DNA of 64,000 nucleotides from Ruditapes philippinarum (lineage: Eukaryota), in assembly GCF_026571515.1 (NCBI RefSeq), contig NW_026857024.1, forward strand, positions 62,001-126,000. The letters are read 5' to 3'. This document shows, in pieces, positions 48,516-61,070 of this stretch; within the stretch, counting starts at the first letter, position 1; each line of letters opens with the position of its first letter. The notes under the pieces were generated by a model. That model was not told the DNA's origin. It searched no databases and worked only from the letters and a program-made list of their open reading frames with translations. A program made the position numbers and the translations under genes.

Positions 48516-49129
48516 CAAGTGAAATTCTAACAGTTGTCATGGTTATAAAGGGTTAAATAAGTAAAACACTAAAAAGATCATGTAGAAACATATAAAAGTA
48601 AACCCAATGACCATAACAAAAGTACTCAATGTCCTAAAGGAAGACAGAGCAACAAGAAAATCACCTACACGGGCCCGACGAAACAAGGCAGAAGACGAAC
48701 ATTAAGACAACTCGGTCCCAAAGGGCTTTAAGAAATATCCATCATAGAGTCTCCCACTTGGTCCGTCAGATGTAATCAAAAGAGGAAAACGTAGTGTCCA
48801 ACTGTAAAAGGGTTGAACACTAAACATGCAGTGTGTCTTAAAATAGTAGGGTCATAACCTCTTTTAATAAAACGTTTAATGATTTTAGTAAAAACAACAG
48901 AAAAAATACCATGACCCAAAATCTTACGAAGTTTGTAAATCACATCGCCATAAAATCCAGGATGGCTAATTCCTTGTCGCAGAAGAGTTTTTAAATCACT
49001 ATTGAATTTAGAAATTAAATCAAAATTACGATTGTAAAATTTAGTAAAATATTTCCGTAATTTATGATAGCGGTAGCCCTGTTTTAGAAGTCAACTTATG
49101 CCAATGCCCACCACTTAAATTACCATTAC

Positions 49130-49437
49130 CTAAAAAGCATACAGCTTCACAAAGTAAACAGTCTACCTCTGTGCAGAATCAGTCACCATCAAAGTATTCT
49201 CCAAAGAAGCAAACTGCAAACATTTAAATAGAATAGTCTGAGAAAGTTTATCAAAAACAATCGCCTAAAGAGCGAATTGTCATCACAGATCGGGTTAAAA
49301 AAGCAATGCGGAACCCGATCAACACAGAAAATCGGTTCAACCTACTTCACGACACCGAATGAATGGAGGATGAGGATTTATACCTCTCCCCTCCCCGAAC
49401 TCCGAATGATAGAAGTCCAATAAAGTTTCCTACTTAA
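49130..49437 (+). pseudogene. Possible C-terminal fragment of an I-clade LINE ORF1
   Basis: An S/Q/K-rich frame ending DRVKKAMRNPINTENRFNLLHDTE*MEDED...SPIKFPT*. This NRF..L + acidic + SP tail is typical of such ORF1s. Confidence 0.45.
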
Positions 49438-51612
49438 GGTATTACTATCCTAATGCATTACCTCCGGTTTGAAGAGTATTCAAATAGGCTAGAACTACTG
49501 TTAACTACATTGGAAATGAGGGCCGTGGGTTCAATCCCCAGAAGGGTCAACTTTTTGTTTGTTTCTTTTTTTATTTTAACATTATTTATGTATTTATGTA
49601 ATAAAAAGTTTATTTGTTCAAAGATTTGTATTCAATATTAGAAAAGATTTTAACTGTTCATTATATTCTATAATAATGCCTAGACACATTTGAATCTAGA
49701 TACCATTTACATCGGTTGTTACATGAATTTCTATCAGACATAACGTATTATGTTCTTAAACAAGTTTGTGCTTTGGACTGAAAAAATTAGTTTCATAAGG
49801 GGTAATATCTTTGAAATGCTTGATGGCGTTCATCATTTAATCCTGTTGTTTATCATTGATAGATATAACATAGCTTTTATAAAGCGTAGGACGAGACGCA
49901 TCTTACTACAGCGGTAAATTATGAACAGATCATAGAGATAACGTCTGCTGCATTTAATATCTGCAATCAATTTCGTTTTTATGCAAACATTCATAAACCC
50001 TATCTGTCAAAACAGGTATGAAGGATATAACGTTCAACATTTTGTTCATGTTCAAGTACATGCTGTGGCAGCAATATAGTCCTGTACTTCAATACTTTGT
50101 TGAAATTAATCAACATGAACCTGAGTTTTATTAAACTATGATTACAACAATATTGAAGTTTTAAGTATGTGTTGAAGGAACAAACTCAGTTTACACTAAA
50201 TCGGCAGACTCCTCCATTGTAGTAAAAGTTTCACATTTTTGTCTTTTATAACGTTATCAATGTTTATTAATATGCGATTTGTTTTTGAGTAATATTGTAA
50301 TAAGTTGTATTTCTTTACTAAGCCATTTCAAATATTTTGCATAGCGAGACAATACAAGTCTGTTTATTTGATTTGATCAATAATTCCTGAAAATACTAAA
50401 TACGTATATTATTGAAATATACAAATAGACGTTATATGACTGTCTACATGTGTGACATATAGATGAATACATTTACATTTACTACTAAGTATAAAGTTAA
50501 ATTATGCCCAAAATATTGAACTTATCAGTAAGCAATTATACTATTAATATTGTTCGAATCATGTTGATACACATAATCAAAATTATGCATTTAAAGATGG
50601 TCTGTTCTGTAGACTCCAGTATATGACGGCCAAAACAAACACATCAACTTGAACATTGTGTGATGTTTTATATCAACTAGCAAAGAAGAGAAAACGAATT
50701 GAAACCCTTATAAAAGCACCATTAAAATGGACAAGGATTTTAAGTACATACTTTTATCAGTTGAGAAACATAAAATACATATCAAAGAATAGAACAGAAC
50801 GATAACTGATACACCGACAATTAAAAGTCTTTTCAATCAGGCAGCTTTACGTCTAAATCTTGATCAAGGTCAAACGTTTCTTGTTTACAGCACATTTTTA
50901 ATTTTCATTTCTAGAAAAAAACAACAACTCACGATTTTATCTTTTACAAGAGCAGTTGTCATTACTCTTGAGCCTACCACAACATTATCTTTATTATAAA
51001 CAAAAGATAAAAATGAGACTTTTAGAGAAAAATTCATTTTAAAATTTCCTAATTAACTTTGAGATGAATTTCATATTTTTGATATATCTTGATATAAACG
51101 GTTAACAAATGGCATAGGCGTTTTCCTCAAAAGTGGAAAGAAAATGTACAAACGATTTCCAAGCAGAAAGACCACCATTAATTCACATAAGTGGTTTGGG
51201 ATCAGTGAAGGTCTGTACATACATCAAGAGAAATGCAAACTGTTCCGGCACGCTTTGTGCCGCAAATGATCAATGGCAAAATGAATGAAATTATAGCATT
51301 AAAGTTGCGAAACTTTTTATGGAATCACATAGACATCTAAAATTGTCGTGACGTGCGCCTCTACCTCTTAACTAGATAGATACAAATACCATTTGTTTTC
51401 ATTTACTATAATTAATAAATTAATGTATGCAAATCTTTGGGTAAAACGTCACATAGTTTAATTTATTAAATATGATATCAGCTTGACATTTTTACAGAAT
51501 TAAGCATTACTGGATTTTTATAAAAAATGTCCGAATACTGCTTGTTTGCTCTTTGTGTTCTTGTGAAACTCTTTCCTATTAATTGATTTTTTATGATTAA
51601 ATTGTTTTGATG

Positions 51613-54600
51613 TAAGGAAATGCTATATATTGGCAAGTCTTTATCTATTGTCCTGATTGATATGTTTGTCATAAGATAATCATTTTTAAAGATGATGTTG
51701 ATAGCCACTAACTTGTGTATGTTTATAGTATATTTATATATTGAAATCTTACGAATTATTTATGTAATGTTCTACGTATTTTACACGCTTTTCTTATCAA
51801 TATTAATGTTTTTAATAAAGATTGTCAAACATTATTTTCTGTCGTAATTGATTGATGTAATATAGTGGAGACGAAGCTTGATTTTCTTTTCCCTCTCTAA
51901 CACAAAAGGGCCATGAATACATAAAATATATGACAATAATCAGCATCGAATATTCTGAAGAGCCGTCATGTTATCGTTATTAATCTTTACTACTTTATTT
52001 CATATTTCAAAGAAGGCCTACCTGGAATTACATTTTATTGATCTAAAATTGCTGTCAGCAGCAAATATATCTTTCTATGAAAGATATTTATACATATTTT
52101 GAAATCTCTTCTCGCAGAAAAGTGAAAAGAGTCATAGAGTTTCTTTGCTTGTAAGTATGTGGATATATTTATACTTAAATCCTTTTACAAAGTACCTATC
52201 AAGCCTATCAAGCCATGTAGCATCCAACTAATTACCTTATTACTGGAAAATTACAACAAAGTATCATTGTGTCTGTAGTTATAATTCATTAGCCAGAGAT
52301 AAAATGTTAATTAAATATCAAATATCCTTGAATTCAAAGTTAACGGTCGTATCACATTATTTGAAACAGTAGTTGTTTGTTTGGTTGCAGCATGATACAG
52401 GCAATGATAGGTACACTTAGCTCGTCTTTTAACAAATCAATTAATTTTTCAATTTGAAATATTATAAAACGTTTATTTTAGGAACTCTTGATATAAAAAC
52501 CAATTCCGGTTGCGATCAATGTATTCCGCGTAATAGTTTCAAATTTTTATATGAAAACAAAGCAATAAAACTACGAAGCAACGAAACATCAAATATTACA
52601 CAAATTGAACGTTTTAGCTGTTCATTATAATATATGTGCTGAAAATTATTATATATTTGGAATATCACAGAGAATAAAATTGTTTAAGTTTTGTTGGAAA
52701 TTCTATATTATATAATTAATAAGATCCACATTTTTTTTTGTTTAAAAATCGATTCACACTGTAAAATGTCCTTTTGTTAAGCTTAGAGATTTTTAAATCA
52801 ACATCTGTATTTTGTTTTACACGATTTCCTTTTCTGAATTTTCACCTCTCGAACAGATAAAAAATGCTACAAATGCTTATCTTAATTAGGCGATTTCGAG
52901 ATCTTATTTTCTAAAATAACTTTTCTAAAATTAAAACGTTCACAGCAGTTGCATTTTTCCACTTAATGCATCCTACGCCTTTGATACACGTTCATACCAC
53001 TTACATTAAAGGGAATTTATGATGATGATGAAAAATAATCATTACTTAGATAACACATTTTCAATCCAATATTTAATTGAAATTAATAAAGGTGTGTGAA
53101 TAATGATTTTTTATATAGGTTACGTTTGAAATAATCACTATATGAATGATCTTTCAAGAATGATTGCTCAATATATAATCTGGCCAAGCAAAACTATACA
53201 CTATTAAATGAAAACATTTGAACCGGAAATGAAATTTTGATCACGATATCGTGCAAAAAAAGCAAATTATTTGCCTAACAATAAGAATCTTATAAATGAC
53301 ACGAATGGTGTAGCCTCCGAATTGAGTATTAACAGAATTTCTCCGAAAGCTCTAACGTATGACATGTGAACGTATGACATTCTTAGAAAAAAATAAGAAA
53401 AAAATAGACAAAAGCTCTGTTGCACAGTTTTTGTACTGATATGATATGATATTTACTGTATAAGGTTGTATTGTATTTATTGAATCTGTTGAACCAACCA
53501 TTAAATTACTGACTTCTGCCTGTTAACAATACATCTAGTGTATAAGTCCCCTGTTCGTTTTTGTTAGTCAATTAAGCTCACTGCATTATCATATGAAATC
53601 TGCATTAATAATTTTATAAAGAGATTTATACAACACTAAGATTTGCTGAGCAATGAGATAATTTATTGTGCATCATCAAACTCTTGTTGATTGAGTTAAT
53701 TACATAAAGAATGTACAGTTTCAACGGAATTAACATTTATTTATAAAACTGCATTAATGCAACGTTAGATGTAATTGATATAAATTGAACAAGGCAGAAC
53801 AAACGAAAGAAATGCTTTAATGATACATTCTTATATTTTGTTCTTTGCACATTTGTGCCTACTTGTATTATATGGTTCAACTAGTCTTTAGAAATTAACA
53901 AATCGTATTAATCCTAAAACAATCGTAACACTGTCATTTTTGTTATTTATTTTCAATTGTATTATTTGTTTATTAAGATTATGTGTCTTAAGCCTCTGAA
54001 CTAAATGAATATAAATCGTAAATCTTAATAGATAGCTCAAACGGTTCCGATGTGTATTTATCTAAAAGTATATTTTATTATTTACTACTTTTAAATATTA
54101 ATTAATGGAATCACTTTCTCGCAGTGTTATTATTATTACTATCAAAACAGTTTTTTTCAAGCAAATACAATGCTGTCAGCTTGCAGCTTCGTTTAGAATT
54201 CTCAACTATTGTTTGCAGAAGAAACAAATGGTAAGTACAATAACCTGGCTAACATCCCAAGACAATTTTCTTTGACAAGATGTACTTCCAGCCAAAAGCA
54301 ATACCTGTTCACTTTCAACAACACTTTGATAGTTCAGGCGTAATTTTTCCTCAATATCTGAAAAAAGGTTTAAACAGTTGCTGTTGTGGTAAGCATGCCT
54401 TTGGTCTTCACATTTACACCAAAGCGATTTTAGAAAATATCTGAAAGACTTGAAGAGGTTATAACTAATGTTTTTGCGGGAGTTAAGACAATTAATCTTA
54501 GCGACTCGCATTAAGTATTGAAAAGTTGTGTAACTTTTTTGAAAGAAATGTTGCAATTCGTTTTCTTTTATAAAGATAATTTCTTGTTTGGCCGGAGGTC

Positions 54601-57600
54601 ATCTCAAACTTACAGGAAAGAACTGAATATAAGAATAATTTGTATTGGTCATTTTAAATAACAAATTGAATTCCAGGAATCTCATTGGCCATTCTAAAAA
54701 AATGTAAAGGATAGTTCTTGCAATTCTAAAATAAAATGTTAAGGATAGTTCTTAAATAAGATGTACATGAGAATTCTTGTCCCTATAAAATAAAATGTTA
54801 AGGATAGTTCTCAAATAAAATATACAGGATAGTTCTTTAACTTTTTTATTCGGCCGAAGGCCGTCTAATTTCACCTTGACTTCCGCTAAAATTAAAGAAA
54901 TGAATATAGGTAGAATTTTCATTGGTCATTTTAACACTAATAGTATGTCCGATTGTAACTTCAGAAGAGCTTATAGGTACAGGTTTGTTCGATTGCGCGA
55001 TGGCAAGAAGTGTTGGAAAAAGATATAAATCCGAATAAATAAAAAAACACAAAAATGATATTTTCTAGATGTTTCTAACAGCTTTTCAATAAATATATGA
55101 AATTAAATATGACAAACCGCCATTTGCTGTTCTAGTCATTATATTCTCTTCTCGAACCGAGCATAAGACGATTGAAACGAACTTTCGACTAATTTACTGT
55201 TGCAAAATTCTCCGTGGAATCAGTGTACAGTATCTACTAAATCTTTGTTTTATTATAATTTCCTATTCAAATCAAATTCCATTTTGATTAAAATCAAATA
55301 ATGTAAGTAATATTGTTTAAATCTAAGATGACAATTAATGGGGAAAAACATTGCGGGTAAAAATGAACTGAAATAAAACTATTGAAGACGAATAAAATGT
55401 TCTATTTGCGGTTAGCATGGTTAGAAGTAACTTATCCTATGCAAGTTAACAAAAAAAATGATAAACAAGATCATCCAAGAAAGGCGGCGTTCAATGAACA
55501 CAGACCCTACCCGACCCAGTAACAAGGGTCAGTGGCAACAAGTTTGACTTCGGCCGAGTATCTTTTTAAAGATACTTCTTGGTTAAATTGCTGAGATATA
55601 ACCAAACTCCCCCACAAAACATGTTACACTGCGTTAAGATCTCATTATATTTTCTAGTGAACAGTTTGTTTTACATGAGTTTATTTTTTACAATAACTAA
55701 CTGAGTTATAAATATTGTTTTACATATACGAGACCAACAAAAACGTTCACTATCCTGTAAGTTTACTAAGTTTATATTAAAATATCGAAAAACACACCAA
55801 AATATAAGAACTTATCAGGTACTCTCAGGTTATGATGTTTAATAAGTTTATGTGTTCAATTGATATAATGTTCATAATTTTAGAATAAATAATCCTTTTA
55901 TTTCTATTTGCAATATTATAGCGGGAAACCTAATATATTTCTGTTGGCCACATTCTGAAAAAGATAAGATTTTTTATATATAATTGATACTCCTTGAAAT
56001 TTTCTTCTGAATTGCGGACTTGAACAACTAAAATGGCGACACTGGCTCTTTTCATTAACTTTTTATTTTATGACAACTTTGAGATAATATGAACTTCATT
56101 TCTCTCTTTACGCTCTTATGTTATTTTAACTTTGCATAAACACATGAGTGAAAGGTGGTTTTTTGGGATTTAAGGGAATGCAATATATTGGCAAGTCTTT
56201 GTCTCTTGTTCTTATTGATATGTTTGTCATGATATAATCATTTTGAAAATCATTTTGAGAGCCACTGACTTGTGCATACTTATAGTATTATTATTTAAAT
56301 ATTGAAATCTGTCGAATACTTTCTGTAATGTTGTACGTAATTAACACTCTTTTCTAATCAATATTAATGTTTTTAATAAAGATTTTAAAACAATATTTTC
56401 TGATGTCATTGATTGATATAACGATAACCTGATTTAATTGAGACGAACCTACAAAGCTTGACTTTTTATCCTATCTAACACAAAGGGACCACAAATACAT
56501 GTAAAATGTATGACAATAATCAGCATCGAATATTCTGAAGAGCCGTCATGTTATCTTTATTATTATTCTTTACTACTTTATTTCATATTTTTTATTGAGT
56601 TTTAATTGCTGTCAACAACAAAGATATCTTACTATGAAAGATATCTATATACATATTTTATAATCTCTAAAACGAATGGCACTTACTCGAAGAAAAGTAA
56701 AACGAGTTAATAAGACTTCTTTGCTTGTAAGTATGTGCAGATATTTCTACTTAAATCCTATTACAAAGTACCTATCAAGCCATGTAACATCCTTAACTTA
56801 TACTTAAATTCGATCTTTCAGTCGGATTTTTTGCAATATAAATCAATCCTTTAGCCAAAATACAGTATTTCTCCTAATAGATGACCATACCAACTTATTT
56901 ATAATTCTCAGTATTGTCTTAGAATAAGTTATAGGTTGACTCTTTACTTAATAGGAAATGGTTCCGATGTGTCTTTTTATTTAAAGGTATATTTTTATTA
57001 TTTATTAAAACTTTTAAGTGTTGATGAAATAACTTTTATACAGTGCTTTTATTATAATAATTATAATAATAATAATAATTATTATTATTATTAAAGTGAG
57101 ACAACATAACGGCTTTTCCAGCAAATACAATGTTGTCAGCTGGTAACTTCGTTTTAAATTCTCTAATATTGTTTGCAGAGGGAAATAATGGTAAGTACAT
57201 TCACCTGTCTAACATCCCAAGACGATTTTTCTTTGACAAGATGTGCTTCCAGCTAAAAACAATACCTGTTCTTTTTAAACAACACTTCTATAGTTTAGAC
57301 TTAGTTCTTCCTCAATATCAGAAAATGTTTAAGCGTTGCAGTTGTGGTAAGCATGCCTTTGGTCACGTCCACAACATTGCGATTACAGGCAGGAAATACG
57401 TGTAGCAGTAAGATGATGTAAACTTGAGGAAGTTTAAATTTTTTTGTTGTTTTGCAGGAATTAAACATTTAATCTTAGCGACGGGCATTTGAAGTTGAAG
57501 AAATGTTGGAATTCGTTTTCCTTTATAAAGATAATTTTTCTTTTGGCCGGAGCCATTTAAAATAAAATGTAAAGGAATCAATATTTCTTGCATTTCTAAA

Positions 57601-58045
57601 ATGTTATGGATAGTTCTAAAATAAGATGTACAAGCTAGTTCTTGACATTATAAATAAAATGTAAATGATAGTTCTCAAATAAAATGTACAGGATATTTCT
57701 TTAATAGTTTTAGTTTAATTGTTGAGATATATCTATACCCCCAGCAAAACATTTTAAACTGCGTTTAGATCTCATATTATCTAGTGAACAGTTTATTTTA
57801 CATGAGTTTATTTTAAACAATAACTAACTAAGTTATAAATATTGATTTACAATAACGAGACCACCAATAACGTTCACTATACTTTAAGTTTACTAAGTTT
57901 ATATGAAAATATGGAAAAACACCCCAAAATATAATAACTTATCAGGTACTCTCAGGTTATAATGTAAAATAAGTTTGTGTGTTCAATTGATATAATGTTC
58001 ATAATTTTAGAATGAATTATCCTTTTATTTCTATTTGCAATATTT
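51613..58045 (+). repeat. Tandem segmental duplication (copy 1 ~51613-55920 with extra sequence; copy 2 ~56171-58045)
   Basis: Colinear blocks: 51613-52230 with 56171-56795; 54040-54840 with 56958-57705; 55580-55920 with 57712-58045. Confidence 0.9.
54847..55560. mobile_element. MITE (~710 bp) present only in duplication copy 1, with a family A fragment at 55455-55538
   Basis: Inverted ends tattcggccgaag ... cttcggccgagta. Absent from the paralogous site near 57705. Confidence 0.65.
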
Positions 58046-59766
58046 AATATGTGATTCTTTAATGTTGATATTGCATATGATTACAAAATTTATCAAAATT
58101 AATGAAACGTAAAACAAGTACCGTATTAGGGACAATGATATAAATACTGTAAAAACAAGTTGTCCTACTTTGAAGAAACGTAAATATCAATATGCTTATA
58201 ATCTAATTCTCACCTACGAGAAACTATTAGGTCATTGTTACGTAAGCATTGCTAACATTTCTATATGTTTCGAAAATGTAGAAATAACACATGCAAATTA
58301 ACCATTTTTTCTTCAACCGAATATCTTTTTTAAAGATTTTTCTTGTTACGTTTTTGTATACATAATAGCGTTGCTATTGTTATTTCATTGTCATTAATTT
58401 CGTAACTATAGGCGTAGTGCAATTTGAAAAATAGTTATTTTTTCTGAAAGTAAAGTCATAAGTAAATAAATTCTTAACGTTATGTTCGAGTTTCAGAACT
58501 GCTTAAAATATATATCACAAATTTTATCTTTATATCAAACTTGGTTGGTACAAAAAAACTTTTTTTTTAATTTAAAAAAAAAATTGTACAATAAGTATAA
58601 TGACAAATATTCCACCAGTGTGATAAGGTATAACATCTAATTTTTGATAAGTCTAATGTACAGAAATAATTGGATCTATAAAACTCGTACATTGAAAACT
58701 GTTGTTTGTTCAGTTAATGGAAAGTAGAATTGACAAAGAAACAAATCGATATATCATGTTTTTCGTTTTCCTTTTTCTTACCAATAATTACAATTTTACT
58801 TGTATTATTTTGTTTATAGGGTGAAAGAAACACTCTACAAAACATTTCGAATTGAATCTAAACTCCAGCAAATAATATTGCTAATTATTTTACAAAAAAA
58901 AAAAAACCCACAAAAAAAAACTATTTCTTTACTGTTCGAAATCTCATTTGAAATGCACGCAGCAGTTGCAATACTTCATTTACTGTTTTGTTTACGCCTT
59001 TGATCAATATTGCATCTCTTTGATAAAGAGAAATCATAGGATGATGATTACACATTTTCATGGTAAAGATATAATCAAAACAGCGGAAATTAATTATAAA
59101 TCCATTAAGATTTAGAATTTATGTTGACGACTTGCAATTAATTAGTCAGACACTTTTCTCTTATTGCTGTTAATATATTCTTTAAGCTGAAAGCTGACAA
59201 AGCTTCTATGCAACATTTTATTATTTACTTTGATTTAAGCTATTTTAATGTACTTGCCGCTTGCACCAATGACTAATTTATAGTCCAGTACATCACATCC
59301 GTAATAGTTTAAGTGATTAATTGATATTAGTGCTGCTATATGATGTTATCTGTAAGAAGGTAGAATCAGACATCTATGATTAACATATAACAGGATATCT
59401 TCGAATAAAGGAATTATGTATGAAAATTTATAAAATTAATTTTTATCTAAATAATTAGCAAGAAGCTGATGCATTTGAAGTGTATTTTTATCTAATTATA
59501 CCGGTCATTGAGCTACTGTAAGTGTATGTGTTAAACTTTGTATTATCATTTGTTTATTGATTATTAGATATTTAATTTTATTCAATTTAAAGGACACAAA
59601 TGAACGTCTTCTTTTCAACCTTTTCTTTTTATTGCCGGAATAACTGTTATGAAAGGTCGAATGTCATTCTTAGTTAATGTGCTTTTAGCTAAAACCCTTT
59701 TGTTTCCATTTTTTCAAAATGTAAGAGCGGAATAAATTTTACAGCTACGATAAAGATTTTGTTCCG

Positions 59767-61070
59767 ATGACACGTTTTGCTGTAATTATTTAGTTTATGG
59801 GTCATATACATGTATACTAATCAGTCACGTTTGTTCAAATGATTAGCGGCTAGCAAAATAGATTTTTCTACTCAGTAATCTTTAGCTTTTCATTCTCTTA
59901 CCATTGATAAAAAGCATAGGGCTCTGCACAAAATCATGTTATTGATATATCAATCGCGTAACGATGTGTTTCTGTCTTTTTGAAATCTGTAATGAGGTCT
60001 CTGTAAATTAACGTTTATTTCTTGCTAACATCCAATAGAAAAGAAACAATGTCTTGCTGCGACATTGTTTGACACGATCGTTTTAATACTTCTTAGTTCT
60101 TTAGATCTGATAAAAAATTGAATTGCCTAGTATTTGCGTCATATCTTTTCAAAATTATGAATGTAATGTTTGAGAGCATGAGATCTTGCCAAAATTGTTA
60201 TTTTTAAATGATGTAAATTATCGTAACATACGCGACAAAGGATACTTGATAAAGTTAAGCTTGTAAAATAGTGCTTGTCTTCGTGAGGTAACAATCGCCT
60301 CACAAGTATATTGATACATCAGCATACATGTAAACATGCTTTTTGCATTTAGTAATATTAGCCATTATCACTGTTTAGTTATACGTTTGATAAGCAATCT
60401 AGCAGATATCTAATTAAGATTAAGCAAATATTCGAAGAACTGCGTAAATCTGTAAAATATATGCATAATCTGGTAAAAACCTTTGTTAAAATAAACACAA
60501 TTTTTCAGACAGACTCTCAAGTATTTGAGTATTTGATCGATAGACAACAGCGTAAAATAAAGGGGTTACATTCGGTACATTAATATTTAGTGCTGCATGT
60601 TTATTGCTCAGTAAAATGTATCAAACTAAATAACGTTATTTTGGAAAGGTTAAAACTATAATATAATATAAAAATTATAATTGTCTAAGTTTAACCTATA
60701 AGCACTCGATCAAATAAGATACACAAATTTTAGAAACATTTTAGTGACATTTGAGTATCAAAATGATTTATATATACTGTATGTGCCTCGATTCCATCGG
60801 AAATGTTTTGAAATCTGCATTTTTGACATTTGATAATCTTACAATCAAATAATGTGGCTCTTGTCATAATGATCTGGATCGATCCAAAGATGTTTCCATC
60901 AGATATAAAATTATACCTGATGATAAAAAACGGACATTGATGTTTCGGTAAATCACGTAGTCATAACCAGCGGAAATTCTTATTTAGTTAAGATGTCGTT
61001 CATCAAATTATAATACAATTACATCGGATTTATTGTACACATTCTAATGAAATATAGATATCATTAATAA
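59767..61070 (+). pseudogene. Decayed secreted-protein gene relic, tentatively PAN/apple (+ lectin-like)
   Basis: MTRFAVII*FMG start and QNRF. With frameshifts it reads KSIGLCTKSCY...RCVSVFLKSVMRS(C)KL, which has PAN cysteine spacing. The downstream block FEELRKSVK...FVKINT is weakly CTL-like. Confidence 0.35.

Larger units (their letters stand above)
44592..49090 (-). mobile_element. 3' part of a Penelope-like (Naiad/Chlamys-type) retroelement, split by an Academ-like insertion
   Basis: 49090..48728 (-) reads LLKQGYRYHKLRKYFTKFYNRNFDLISKF...QGISHPGFYGDVIYKLRKI...RGYDPTILRHTACLVFNPFTV, an RT C-terminus with no GIY-YIG domain after it. The 3' UTR continues at 44856..44592 with ctgaccgctccaaggcgg. 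Confidence 0.75.

Noticed and set aside
54219-54230. Apparent 12-nt micro-exon (tttgcag|aagaaacaaatg|gtaagt; also at ~57179)
   Set aside because: It is better explained as the 3' end of the longer ATG-containing block that has its own upstream acceptor.
23557-55538. Recurrent 30-150 bp repeats as a possible CRISPR-like array
   Set aside because: The copies are dispersed and of variable length, with no regular repeat-spacer spacing and no cas genes. The context is eukaryotic.
57051-57093. (AAT)n/(ATT)n palindromic tract
   Set aside because: It is a simple microsatellite expansion, and the paralogous copy has only a short version.
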